64,000 bases of DNA from an uncultured Alphaproteobacteria bacterium (GTDB taxonomy: Bacteria > Pseudomonadota > Alphaproteobacteria > Rhizobiales > Xanthobacteraceae). Position numbers and translations under genes: made by a program. Positions 51,833 through 63,102 of the stretch are shown in pieces (the first letter of the stretch is position 1; every line of letters begins with the position of its first letter). The stretch is from contig CAVTPQ010000003.1 of the NCBI GenBank assembly GCA_963736605.1, positions 469,064 to 533,063 of the forward strand, read 5' to 3'. The notes below the pieces were generated by a model. That model did no database searches and was not told the origin of the DNA. It worked only from the letters and a program-made list of their open reading frames with translations.

Positions 51833-51984
51833 AGTTGCCATTTCACATAGCCAAAACGTCATCCGGAAAAGCGGAACCGTTTGCCCGAAGAGATCATGCT
51901 CCACGAACAGGCTATCGCGGCAATCGATTCGGTCTGAAGCGATTGTCGCCCCAGCCCCTCCCCAGTGACACGACGCGACGGCGC

Positions 51985-52242
51985 ATGGCCAAACGCCCGA
52001 GAGCCCGCCTCCTCAAAGCGCGATTTCCCCGCCTTCGCCAGCTCAGGCAAGAGCAATTGGGCTGGGAAATCGTCGATATTGTGAGCCGCCTGCCGGGCGC
52101 CAAGCCGAGTATTTCCTCCATCTACCGTCTCGAACAGGGCGACGCCATTCGCATGTCGAGCGCGCGCCGCGTCTTCGACGTCGTCAACGGCGCGTTGCAC
52201 AACACGCTCGATGTCTCCAAAGAGCTGGAAATGAGCTGGTGA
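51985..52242 (+). CDS. Small HTH-like protein (85 aa)
   Basis: MAKRPRARLLK...LGWEIVDIVSRLPGAKPSISSIYRLEQGDAIRMSSARRV. Confidence 0.45.
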   Translation: MAKRPRARLLKARFPRLRQLRQEQLGWEIVDIVSRLPGAKPSISSIYRLEQGDAIRMSSARRVFDVVNGALHNTLDVSKELEMSW

Positions 52243-52418
52243 GGGCTTCGGCGACGAAGATCGTCGAACGGCAAGAAGCTCACCTCGTAAATCGCCATCG
52301 GCTCCGATGAGCCAAATGCCGGCGGCATTAACTCTCCCGCAACCCCTGCGGTGACAAAACGGCCGGCCGGTGGCGGCGGCGCTGCGTTTTTTCAAGTCTT
52401 CGCCCGATTACGGCTTTG

Positions 52419-52434
52419 TGGCGGTCATATTGCA
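52419..52434 (+). promoter_or_regulatory. Sigma-54-like -24/-12 element TGGCGG-N5-TTGCA
   Basis: tggcggtcatattgca. The GG and GC dinucleotides have the canonical spacing. It lies 148 nt upstream of ATG 52582. Confidence 0.25.
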
Positions 52435-52581
52435 CTGCAACGTATGAGTTGTGCGCATGGAATCCATGCAGTGCAATGCATTGCGGCATACCCGTCTTTG
52501 CGTATATTGCACTGCAACAAGAACGAAAAAACGCGCGGGAAACACCTTTGGGTGCACGGGCTTTGATCCGGAGATGACGCC

Positions 52582-52809
52582 ATGGCCTACGCCCGCAGTG
52601 CGGACGGACAGTACGATTTCCTTGCCGTCGCCCCGACGCCGAAGAATGCGCGCGGTTTGTTCGGCCGCTTGTTCGATTCGATGCTGGAAGGGCGCCGGCG
52701 CGCCGCCGAACGCGAAATCGCGGCCTACCTCGAAGGCAGCGGTCAATTCCTGACCGACGAGGCCGAGCGCGAGATCGAGCGCATCTTGTCGTCATCGACG
52801 CGGTTGTGA
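52582..52809 (+). CDS. Hypothetical 75-aa protein
   Basis: MAYARSADGQYDFLAVAPTPKNARGLFGRLFDSMLEGRRRAAEREIAAYL... Confidence 0.45.
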   Translation: MAYARSADGQYDFLAVAPTPKNARGLFGRLFDSMLEGRRRAAEREIAAYLEGSGQFLTDEAEREIERILSSSTRL

Positions 52810-52855
52810 AGCGAGTGCGTCCGCAGCAATTCCTCTTTCCCGAAAGACAGCCCTC

Positions 52856-53020
52856 ATGACGACCTTAACCCTTCGCGCCAAATATCCTGTGCCCGCACGG
52901 CGCAGCTTGGCGCGCATCATCGCCGTGGTGACGACCGCTTTCGAGACGGCATTCGAAGTGATCGACGAGGCGACCGACCAATCAGCCGCCGCACGGCGGC
53001 GTTTCCCCACTGCCGATTGA
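52856..53020 (+). CDS. Possible 54-aa small ORF
   Basis: MTTLTLRAKYPVPARRSLARIIAVVTTAFETAFEVIDEATDQSAAARRRFPTAD. Confidence 0.25.
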   Translation: MTTLTLRAKYPVPARRSLARIIAVVTTAFETAFEVIDEATDQSAAARRRFPTAD

Positions 53021-53086
53021 TCGCATCCGACCGATGTTCGATTGAGGGCGCTAACCGCCCTGTCGGCCGAAGCTTCGCGGTAGTCC

Positions 53087-53530
53087 TCACCTCGCCGGGA
53101 AGAACGACTTCCCCTGAGCAAGCCCGAGCCTGTCGCTGATCGCCGCCAGGAAGCGCGCGAAGGCCGCGGCATCGCCGGGGCGCGGCGGGGCTGAGCCCCA
53201 AATCGGCTTCGGCCACAGCGGATCGTCCTTCCGCCGCGCGACGATGTGGATGTGCAGTTGCGGCACCACGTTGCCGATCGCCGCGATGTTGAGCTTGTCG
53301 CACCTGGTTGCCTCCTTGAGGCCTCGCGATGCCAACATGATTTCGTCCATCAGCAGGCTTGCTTCGCCGCCGAGATCGGCGATCTCGATGACGCCGACGC
53401 GCCGCGGCACCAGGATCAACCACGGATAGTCGGCGTCATCGATCGCCAGCACGCGGCACAGAGCGAGATCGCCAACCGGGGAGGTGTCACCTTGAAGCTG
53501 AGGATAAAGCGTCCAGCCGGCTTCGGTCAT
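53087..53530 (-). CDS. HIT family protein
   Basis: YPWLILVPRR...VPQLHIHIVARR (HxHxHxx). Confidence 0.85.
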   Translation of the reverse strand: MTEAGWTLYPQLQGDTSPVGDLALCRVLAIDDADYPWLILVPRRVGVIEIADLGGEASLLMDEIMLASRGLKEATRCDKLNIAAIGNVVPQLHIHIVARRKDDPLWPKPIWGSAPPRPGDAAAFARFLAAISDRLGLAQGKSFFPAR

Positions 53531-53637
53531 TGCGGCCTCCGATAAATCGATGCACCGGCAAGACGAATAGGCTCGATGTCCGGGTCAAGGCCGGAGATGA
53601 GCCACGTAGACGATAATTCCAGGGACAGTGAACTACG

Positions 53638-53913
53638 TCACTTCCCGAGCTTCGGGCGCGGCAGCTCGTGCGGTTTGCCCCAGCTGTCGATCCACGCTTT
53701 GACTTCGCGCCAGCGCGCGCCGGCCGCTTCACCGTCGCTGGCTTGCGCGTCGCCATTCGCGGCTTGCGGTGCCGCAGCCGGCTTATTGCCGACGATTACG
53801 GCCATCAGCTCCGCGACACTGATGCCGAGCGCCGCCGCGCGCGCTTCCAAAAGGCCGGCGGTTTCGTCGTTGATTTCAATCTTCCGTGCCTTGACGTTCC
53901 CTTCGGCGGCCAT
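53638..53913 (-). CDS. Ribbon-helix-helix-like small protein
   Basis: KARKIEINDETAGLLEARAAALGISVAELMAVI. Confidence 0.4.
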   Translation of the reverse strand: MAAEGNVKARKIEINDETAGLLEARAAALGISVAELMAVIVGNKPAAAPQAANGDAQASDGEAAGARWREVKAWIDSWGKPHELPRPKLGK

Positions 53914-54084
53914 GCGTTCACGCCCCCCGTTACGCAGACAATGTTCGAAAAAAGCGGGAGCGCACGCCGCCGACCCCCGATCCGGCATCGCGATCGATTG
54001 TGTTGCGGATTAAGTCTGGAGGAGGGCGTCGGCGCGGCGAAATCCGGCGCGAGTCGCGGATGAAACGTGCAGCCGCTCTGCGTT

Positions 54085-54226
54085 AACGCTCACTCCCGCG
54101 CAAGCGGGAATCCGGTCTAGGGCGCCGCGTTTACGGGGACGAGTTGGACGAGGATCAGTTGTCGAGGAAGCTTCTGAGTTTGCGCGAGCGCGACGGATGC
54201 TTGATCCCCGGGTCAAGCCCGGGGAC
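54085..54226. repeat. Cluster of REP-like GC hairpins downstream of rpoD
   Basis: tcccgc-gcaa-gcggga (54093-54108) and ccccggg-tcaag-cccgggg (54206-54224). Confidence 0.4.
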
Positions 54227-54234
54227 TAAAGGCA

Positions 54235-56451
<2,217 letters not shown>

Positions 56452-56776
56452 GTCTCTGTCTCCGCGGGGCGCGTTCTGCGTCCCCCTACTCTATGTCGTG
56501 AGTCTCGCCCCTAAGGAGGGGGAGCACGCCACCGGGACCTGGGGTATAAACCCGGCGGTCCCCTGTTGTTGGGCCGGCGCCACCCGCCATGGTGGCGGGC
56601 CGCTTCGGCCAAAAAGGGCAGCGCAACAGGGTGAATGCCCGTTCGCACCGCCCCGAATCGAGGCCAAATGTGTCGGAACTCCGTTAAGCTCCGACTAACC
56701 CTAACCGGGAGGGCCTCTTATTCCCTCTGCGCCGGCCTGAGTCCAGCCGGTTCACCCCAGCCAGACCGCGCTCCGA

Positions 56777-58795
56777 TTACAGGGACCTCGTCGCCCGGCC
56801 CGACGACGCGCCGAAGCCCTCCACCAGAGCCTCGGTTCCATCGAGCGAGGACAGCCGGGCTTTGACGTCGCGCAACCGCGCGTAGTTCGCCTCGGTATTG
56901 TGCTCGCCGAGCGCCGTTTCTGCGTCCTTAAGTTCCCTAGTTAGGGAATGCCATTGCCGATGCAAGGCGACGAGCTGCTTCCAGGTCAACAAAACATCGG
57001 CGGCAGCGGCATTCGGCCGGGCGCCCCAGACCGACGGAGTGGTGATGGTGCGCTGGATTCGCTCGAGTAGACTGCCGAAACCGCGCTTGGCCAGTTCGGC
57101 CGCGAGCGCCGCAGCCTGCTCCGATCGTGCCGCATCGCCATCGCGGATCGCGTGCTTTGCGAAATCTTCGGTGAAATGATGGGCGAAAACGTCGATCAGC
57201 GCGCTTTTGAGCTTTTGCGTGTCGGCGTGGCGGAATTCGGCCGCGGCGAGTTCCTCGATGTGGTCGTGAAGAAGCCACAGGTGGTTTAGCGCCGCTTGCA
57301 GGATCAGCGCTTCGCGGCGCGGGATCGCGGCACGGTGCCCGCGATGCAGCGGGCTTGCCGCAAGCTGCGCGCTTGCCGCCACATAAGTGTCGCCGCGGCC
57401 GAACGTCGACGCTGCGGAACCGGCTGCGCTTCCCGCGCGAGTATTCTGATCGTAGCGCTTGTCGCCGAAGCCTCTGTTGAAGCTGCCACCCTTGTTGGAG
57501 CTGCCGCGGCGGGTCGAAACTTCCGCAGGCGCGAACATGCGGCGCAATTTTTCGGAAAAATCCTGCCGGTAATAACGGCGTACCGCCTCGTCGGCGATGG
57601 TCGCGGTGACTTCGGTGACGCGCGCCTCGAAGGCGGCACGCCGCTCGGGCGTATCGAGGGCGCCAGCTTCGCTCTCGCGCGCCCACAGCACATGCGCCAG
57701 CGGGCGCGCCGCGGACAGCACGTCCTCGATCGCTTCGCGCCCGGCAGAGCGGGCGAGATCGTCGGGATCCTGCCCGTCGGGCAACGTCGCCAGCTTCAGG
57801 CTCTTGCCAGGCTTGAGCAGCGGCAGAGCGAGATCGACCGCGCGGTACGCTGCGCGTCTGCCGGCATCGTCGCCGTCGAAGCACAGGATCGGCTCGTCGG
57901 CCATCCGCCACATCAGCGCCAACTGGTCGGCAGTGAGCGCGGTGCCGAGCGGCGCCACGGTTGCCTCGAAGCCGGCCGTTACCATGGCGATGACGTCGAT
58001 ATAGCCCTCCACTGCGATGACGCGGGCGCCGTCATGCGCGGCCTTGCGCGCGGCGGCGATGTTGTACAGCGTCGCGCCCTTGTGGAAGAGCGGCGTCTCC
58101 GGCGAATTGAGATATTTCGCGTAGACGTCCTTATCGAGCGCGCGGCCGCCGAAGGCGATCACCCGGCCGCGCCAATCGCTGATCGGGAATATCACGCGAT
58201 CGCGAAAACGATCGTACGGCACCGGAATATCCTCGCCAGTGACGACAAGGCCGGCCTCCGCCATGTCCTCGACCGAAATTTTCAAGGCGCCGAGATGCTC
58301 CTTCAGCGCGTATTGCTCAGGGCTTGCATAGCCGAGGCGGAATTTGAGCTGCGTCGAAGCGTGGATGCCGCGGTCGAGCAGATAGCCGCGGCCGCGCGCG
58401 CCATGTCTTGACGCAAGCGTCGATTGGAAGAACCCCGCTGCCAGCTCGACGATGTCGTGCAACGTCTTGCGCCGTTCCTCGTGCGCAGCGGCCTCGCGCG
58501 TCATCACCGGCAACGGCACGCCGGCCTGCGCCGCCAGCCGCTCGACGGCTTCCGGGAAGCTCACGCCCTCGGTCAGCATGAGAAAATCGAAAATGTTGCC
58601 GTTCTTGCCCGAGGAGAAGTCGAACCACATCGCCTTCTGATCGTTGACGAAAAACGACGGCGTCTTCTCCTTGTTGAACGGCGACAGTCCTTTCCATTCC
58701 CGCCCGGCCTTGCGCAATTTCACGCGCCGGCCCACGACTTCCGAGACCGGAAGCCGCGCGCGCAGCTCGTCGAGAAATTGCGGCATGAATCGCAT
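56777..58795 (-). CDS. dnaG: DNA primase
   Basis: FNKEKTPSFFVN, TOPRIM region VIAVEGYIDVIA, CFDGDDAGRRA. Start at 58795 or 58786. Confidence 0.9.
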   Translation of the reverse strand: MRFMPQFLDELRARLPVSEVVGRRVKLRKAGREWKGLSPFNKEKTPSFFVNDQKAMWFDFSSGKNGNIFDFLMLTEGVSFPEAVERLAAQAGVPLPVMTREAAAHEERRKTLHDIVELAAGFFQSTLASRHGARGRGYLLDRGIHASTQLKFRLGYASPEQYALKEHLGALKISVEDMAEAGLVVTGEDIPVPYDRFRDRVIFPISDWRGRVIAFGGRALDKDVYAKYLNSPETPLFHKGATLYNIAAARKAAHDGARVIAVEGYIDVIAMVTAGFEATVAPLGTALTADQLALMWRMADEPILCFDGDDAGRRAAYRAVDLALPLLKPGKSLKLATLPDGQDPDDLARSAGREAIEDVLSAARPLAHVLWARESEAGALDTPERRAAFEARVTEVTATIADEAVRRYYRQDFSEKLRRMFAPAEVSTRRGSSNKGGSFNRGFGDKRYDQNTRAGSAAGSAASTFGRGDTYVAASAQLAASPLHRGHRAAIPRREALILQAALNHLWLLHDHIEELAAAEFRHADTQKLKSALIDVFAHHFTEDFAKHAIRDGDAARSEQAAALAAELAKRGFGSLLERIQRTITTPSVWGARPNAAAADVLLTWKQLVALHRQWHSLTRELKDAETALGEHNTEANYARLRDVKARLSSLDGTEALVEGFGASSGRATRSL

Positions 58796-58877
58796 GGTGA
58801 TTCGGCAGCGTAGCGTGGATGCAGCGCGAAGATAGGGCGGCGTGTGCACCCGGCAAGGCCGGCCAGGGTTGTCCTAG

Positions 58878-58886
58878 TTATCCACA
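58878..58886. promoter_or_regulatory. Consensus DnaA box TTATCCACA
   Basis: Exact 9-mer, 83 nt upstream of the dnaG start, in the dnaG/brnT divergent region. Confidence 0.3.
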
Positions 58887-58909
58887 GGCAATGCGGATCT
58901 CAGCTTCGA

Positions 58910-58938
58910 TTGACAGCCGGTAAATACGGTCGTATATA
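58910..58938 (+). promoter_or_regulatory. Sigma-70-type promoter candidate for brnTA (TTGACA-17 nt-TATATA)
   Basis: ttgaca gccggtaaatacggtcg tatata. Confidence 0.35.
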
Positions 58939-59063
58939 CAAGATCGAGGTACGGACGAAGCATCCATTCCCTAACGAGTGGCCGTCAGAGAGCTTCGACC
59001 TCGTCATAGCGAACCCTCGACGATACATTGCGTATCGCAACCTCCGTCTGGGGGAACTTCGCT

Positions 59064-59390
59064 ATGGTGGAAGATTTTGAGCGCCTGCTCGCGGGCGTTC
59101 GCAGCTTTGACTGGAATCCCAGGAAACGTGCGAGGAACCTGCGTGACCACAAGATCGACTTCGAGGATGTGAAAGGAATTTTCGACGGTTACACCGTAGT
59201 CCGTCGATCGGATCGCCATGGCGAAATTAGGTACGAAGTTTTCGGGTATGTCGACGGCCGGGAAGTCGCTGTCGCGTTCACGATCCGTGGCGAAGTCTGC
59301 TGGCTCATCTCGGCACGCCGCGCGTCACGCAAAGAGCGACGAGAACTTTACCATCGCCTCACGGGACGATCGCCGGCGCGGGAAGACTGA
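59064..59390 (+). CDS. brnT: BrnT-family (DUF497) toxin
   Basis: FDWNPRKRARNLRDHKIDFEDV...WLISARRASRKERRELY. Confidence 0.8.
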   Translation: MVEDFERLLAGVRSFDWNPRKRARNLRDHKIDFEDVKGIFDGYTVVRRSDRHGEIRYEVFGYVDGREVAVAFTIRGEVCWLISARRASRKERRELYHRLTGRSPARED

Positions 59391-59640
59391 TTGGGCCGTC
59401 GTCGACGCACTCACGGATGAGCAGATCGAAGAAGCCGTTCGTAATGATCCCGATGCCGTGCCGCTCGATGTCGACTGGTCTGACGCCGTCCTTGTCATCC
59501 CGCCGAAGAAGAAGGCGATTTCGATCCGCGTCGACGAGGACGTGCTCGATTATTTCAAGAAGGAAGGCGCCGGCTATCAGCGGCGGATGAACGCGGTGCT
59601 GCGGTCCTATATGCAGCAGAAGCGCAAAAAGCGCGCGTGA
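59287..59640 (+). CDS. brnA: BrnA-family antitoxin
   Basis: TDWAVVDALTDEQIEEAVRNDPDAVPL...KKAISIRVDEDVLDYFKKEGAGYQRRMNAVLRSYM. The start is uncertain: the frame is open from 59218, with GTG 59287 or ATG 59248 as candidates. Confidence 0.7.
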   Translation: MAKSAGSSRHAARHAKSDENFTIASRDDRRRGKTDWAVVDALTDEQIEEAVRNDPDAVPLDVDWSDAVLVIPPKKKAISIRVDEDVLDYFKKEGAGYQRRMNAVLRSYMQQKRKKRA

Positions 59641-59655
59641 TCGCTCGGTCAACTC

Positions 59656-60570
59656 TTAATCAGCCAGCCGATCCCCGTCGGCGGTAAAGCCGAACAGGCG
59701 CTGGACCCGGTAATAGCGCGCCGAGCGCGGCTGGGTGATACCCCATTGGTCGGAGCGGCCGGGCTTGAATTTCCAGTACTCGGACGGGCGCGGCTGGTAG
59801 CTGTCGTCGACTTGAAGCACCTCCGCGGCGTATTCCAGCGGCACTTCGTCGGGCCCGCAGAAATAGGCGAAGACATTGTTGCCCGGTCCGTGGCGGCCGG
59901 GACCCCATTCTATCGGATAGCCGCTGTCCTTCATGCGGCCCATGCCGCGCATGACCGAATCGAACTCGGGCATTTCGAATGCAATGTGATTGAGCGTCGG
60001 CAGGTTCATCTTGCACAACACGATCGAGCAATGATCGGAATTGGCGCAGTGCAGGAACCACAGCGGCGCATTGTCGTCGATGACGCGGAAGCCGAGTGCT
60101 TGCGTGAAAAATCGCAAAGACGCGTCGAAGTCCCGCGTGTTGAGATTGACGTGAACGATCTTGCGCGGCCGGTCGAGGACGTCTGCAGCGTCGGCATGGT
60201 CGGCGCAATCGGCCACGAAAGCGAGATTGCGGCCGTCGGGGTCCTTGCAGGCAAAGCCGTAACCGCCACCCGCCGTCGTCAGCTTTGCCGGCTTACCCGG
60301 CTTGGCCCCTGCAGTTGAAATCTTTTCGTACAGGGCATCGACGCCGGCGCGGTCGGCGACGTCGAACACGATGCGCAGCACCGCCGGCTGCGGGCCGTAG
60401 CGCAGGCCGAGCACGTGATGATAGCGCCCGGTGCCGCGGAAGTAGCGCGCGTCGTTGCTTGCGTTCACCGGCGCAAGCCCCCACACGGTTTCGTAGAATT
60501 GCGCCGCCTCGTTGAGATTGCTGGCGACGAGCTCGACGCTGCGCACACCGCGGATCGAACAGGGAGCCAT
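59656..60570 (-). CDS. Two-domain VOC-family extradiol dioxygenase (second copy)
   Basis: VHVNLNTRD, LNHIAFEM, EWGPGRHGPGNNVFAYF. Confidence 0.8.
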   Translation of the reverse strand: MAPCSIRGVRSVELVASNLNEAAQFYETVWGLAPVNASNDARYFRGTGRYHHVLGLRYGPQPAVLRIVFDVADRAGVDALYEKISTAGAKPGKPAKLTTAGGGYGFACKDPDGRNLAFVADCADHADAADVLDRPRKIVHVNLNTRDFDASLRFFTQALGFRVIDDNAPLWFLHCANSDHCSIVLCKMNLPTLNHIAFEMPEFDSVMRGMGRMKDSGYPIEWGPGRHGPGNNVFAYFCGPDEVPLEYAAEVLQVDDSYQPRPSEYWKFKPGRSDQWGITQPRSARYYRVQRLFGFTADGDRLAD

Positions 60571-60572
60571 AC

Positions 60573-61025
60573 TTAGGACCCGCCCAGCAATTTCTTGACC
60601 TGCGCGCTTGCCTTGGAAAAGTCCATCTGCCCGGAGAAGCGCTGTTTGAGCGCCGCCATGGTGCGGCCCATGTCTTTGAGCGTCTCGGCTTCGATGTCTT
60701 TGATCAGTGCGGAAATGGCATGCGCCGCTTCCAGGTCGGACATCTGCTTAGGCAGGTAGGCGGAAATGATCTCGATCTCTTCACGCTCCTGGGCGGCGAG
60801 CTCGGCGCGGCCGGCCTTTTCGTAGATGTCGAACGATTCCTGGCGCTGCTTGATCATTTTGCCCATGACGTCGAGGATCTCGGCATCGCTCAAGCTCGAG
60901 CGCTCGGCGCCGCTGGTCTCCCGCTGCAAAATCGCGGCATTGATCAGGCGCAGCGTCGAGACGCGGCGCGCCTGGCCTGCTTTCATCGCCTCTTTCAAGG
61001 CGCTGTTGATATCGTCGCGCAACAC
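60573..61025 (-). CDS. GatB/YqeY domain protein
   Basis: GTG start giving MLRDDINSALKEAMKAGQARRVSTLRLINAAI...YLPKQMSD...KDMGRTMAALKQRF. Confidence 0.8.
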   Translation of the reverse strand: MLRDDINSALKEAMKAGQARRVSTLRLINAAILQRETSGAERSSLSDAEILDVMGKMIKQRQESFDIYEKAGRAELAAQEREEIEIISAYLPKQMSDLEAAHAISALIKDIEAETLKDMGRTMAALKQRFSGQMDFSKASAQVKKLLGGS

Positions 61026-61094
61026 GGCTAAGGCCTCTCGCAATAGCGCCCGTGGGGGCTTACGGGCGAGCCGCAATGATTTAGGCCCTTGCCT

Positions 61095-62306
61095 ATGCCG
61101 ACACAACCGCAGTCCAAGATACGGTCGCCCAAAGCCCTGGCTCGCTGGGACGAGCCCAAGCCGACGGCGTTGCTTGTGCTTGCCGACGGCACCGTGCTCG
61201 AAGGTATCGGCTTCGGCGCAACCGGCCATGCCGTCGGCGAAGTCTGCTTCAACACCGCCATGACCGGCTACGAGGAGATTCTCACCGATCCGTCCTATGC
61301 CGGACAGATCATCACCTTCACCTTTCCCCACATCGGCAATGTCGGCACCAACGAGGAGGACATCGAGACCGTCAACCTCGCGGCGACGCCGGGCGCGCGC
61401 GGCGTCGTGCTGCATTCCGCGATCACGCAGCCGTCGAGCTACCGCTCGACGCGCCATCTCGATGCCTGGCTGAAGAGCCGCGGCGTCATCGGGCTTGCCG
61501 GGCTGGACACCCGCGCGCTGACCGCGCTGATTCGCGAGAAGGGCATGCCGAACGCCGTGATCGCGCACGAGCCGACCGGCCGCTTCGACATCGATGCGCT
61601 CAAGCGCGAGGCGAAAGCGTGGCCGGGACTCGTCGGCATGGATCTGGTGCCGATGGTGACGACGGGTCAGCGCTTTACCTGGGACGAGACGCCGTGGCGC
61701 TGGGGCGAGGGCTACGGCCATCAGGAACACGCGGAATTCAACGTCGTCGCCATCGACTACGGCATCAAGCGCAATATTCTGCGTCAGCTTGCCGGCAATG
61801 CCTGCAAGGTGACAGTAGTGCCGGCGACGACGTCGGCCGCCGATATTCTAGCGCTCATGCCCGACGGCATTTTTCTCTCCAACGGGCCGGGCGATCCGGC
61901 CGCCACCGGCGAATATGCCGTGCCGGTGATCCGCGCACTGATCGAGAAGAAGCCCGTCTTCGGCATCTGCCTCGGCCATCAGATGCTGGCGCTCGCGGTC
62001 GGCGCCAAGACCGTGAAAATGCACCAGGGCCATCACGGCGCCAACCATCCGGTGAAAGACTTGTTAACCGGCAAGGTCGAGATCACGTCCATGAATCACG
62101 GCTTCGCCGTCGACGGAGCGACGCTGCCGGACAATGCCGTCGAGACTCACGTCTCTTTGTTCGACGGCTCCAATTGCGGCCTCGCCTTGAAAGACCGGCC
62201 GGTGTTCTCGGTGCAGTACCATCCGGAAGCTTCGCCCGGCCCGCGCGACAGTCATTTATTGTTCAATCGATTTGTCGACATGATGCGCAACGGTAAGCTG
62301 GTGTGA
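61095..62306 (+). CDS. carA: Carbamoyl-phosphate synthase small (glutaminase) subunit
   Basis: EVCFNTAMTGYEEILTDPSYAGQIITFTFPHIGNVG, GICLGHQ, HHGANHPV, SVQYHPEA. Confidence 0.92.
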   Translation: MPTQPQSKIRSPKALARWDEPKPTALLVLADGTVLEGIGFGATGHAVGEVCFNTAMTGYEEILTDPSYAGQIITFTFPHIGNVGTNEEDIETVNLAATPGARGVVLHSAITQPSSYRSTRHLDAWLKSRGVIGLAGLDTRALTALIREKGMPNAVIAHEPTGRFDIDALKREAKAWPGLVGMDLVPMVTTGQRFTWDETPWRWGEGYGHQEHAEFNVVAIDYGIKRNILRQLAGNACKVTVVPATTSAADILALMPDGIFLSNGPGDPAATGEYAVPVIRALIEKKPVFGICLGHQMLALAVGAKTVKMHQGHHGANHPVKDLLTGKVEITSMNHGFAVDGATLPDNAVETHVSLFDGSNCGLALKDRPVFSVQYHPEASPGPRDSHLLFNRFVDMMRNGKLV

Positions 62307-62393
62307 GGCGGCTGAGCCGGGAGCAACGCTCACGTTATAAATTTTCAACCTGAAGTCCTGTAGAACAGCCGGGCCGCTGGCGAGTTGAAAATC

Positions 62394-62921
62394 ATGCCGA
62401 CCGCAATGAACTCTGCCGCCCCGATTACTTACAGGTTTACCGACGACGGCCGGATTCCGAACAGTCCGACCTTGCCGCTCGTGCTCTATCGCGGCGGCAT
62501 CGATCTCACCGGCTCGCCCGATCCGGAAGCCGTGATCGAAAAGACCTTCGCGGCGAACGGCTGGGGCAATATGTGGCGCAATGGGATTTATCCTTACGTC
62601 CACTATCATTCGATGATCCACGAGGCGATGGGCATCGCCCGCGGCCGCGCCACCGTGCGCTTCGGCGGCGCCCACGGCCAAGAGATCGAGATCACGCCCG
62701 GCGATGTCGTCATCCTGCCGGCCGGCACCGGCCATCAATGCCTGGCGCAGAGCCCGACGCTGGTCGTCATCGGCGCCTATCCGCCGACCGGCAATTACAA
62801 TCTCTGCCGCGGCGCCAAGCCCGATCACGCCAAGGCCGTGCTGACCATTCCGAAAGTGCCGCTGCCGGCAACCGATCCGGTCTTTGGATCGGACGGCCCT
62901 TTGATCGCACTGTGGCGCTGA
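62394..62921 (+). CDS. Cupin (YjlB-like) protein
   Basis: YVHYHSMIHEAMGIARG...GDVVILPAGTGH. Confidence 0.7.
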   Translation: MPTAMNSAAPITYRFTDDGRIPNSPTLPLVLYRGGIDLTGSPDPEAVIEKTFAANGWGNMWRNGIYPYVHYHSMIHEAMGIARGRATVRFGGAHGQEIEITPGDVVILPAGTGHQCLAQSPTLVVIGAYPPTGNYNLCRGAKPDHAKAVLTIPKVPLPATDPVFGSDGPLIALWR

Positions 62922-63102
62922 GCGCCGCGGTCAGGATTCCCCGCATAATCTCGAGATGATCCCGGATTAGGCCCGAATCTAACGGCTTGATTAGCGCGGC
63001 AGGTCGCGATCAAATCGCCGATCGCGCCATAGAGCCAAGCTTGCATTGGCAATAGAATGCCGCCGCACGGCAATGTGCAACAAAACATAAAGGGGGACGC
63101 CA

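Noticed and set aside
56452-56776. Long rpoD-dnaG intergenic region as a possible ncRNA
   Set aside because: It is most simply the rpoD promoter and 5' leader. I recognised no conserved structure.
60573-61730. 385-aa minus-strand ORF
   Set aside because: Only the last 453 nt (YqeY/GatB-like, GTG 61025) are protein-like. The rest is antisense to carA.
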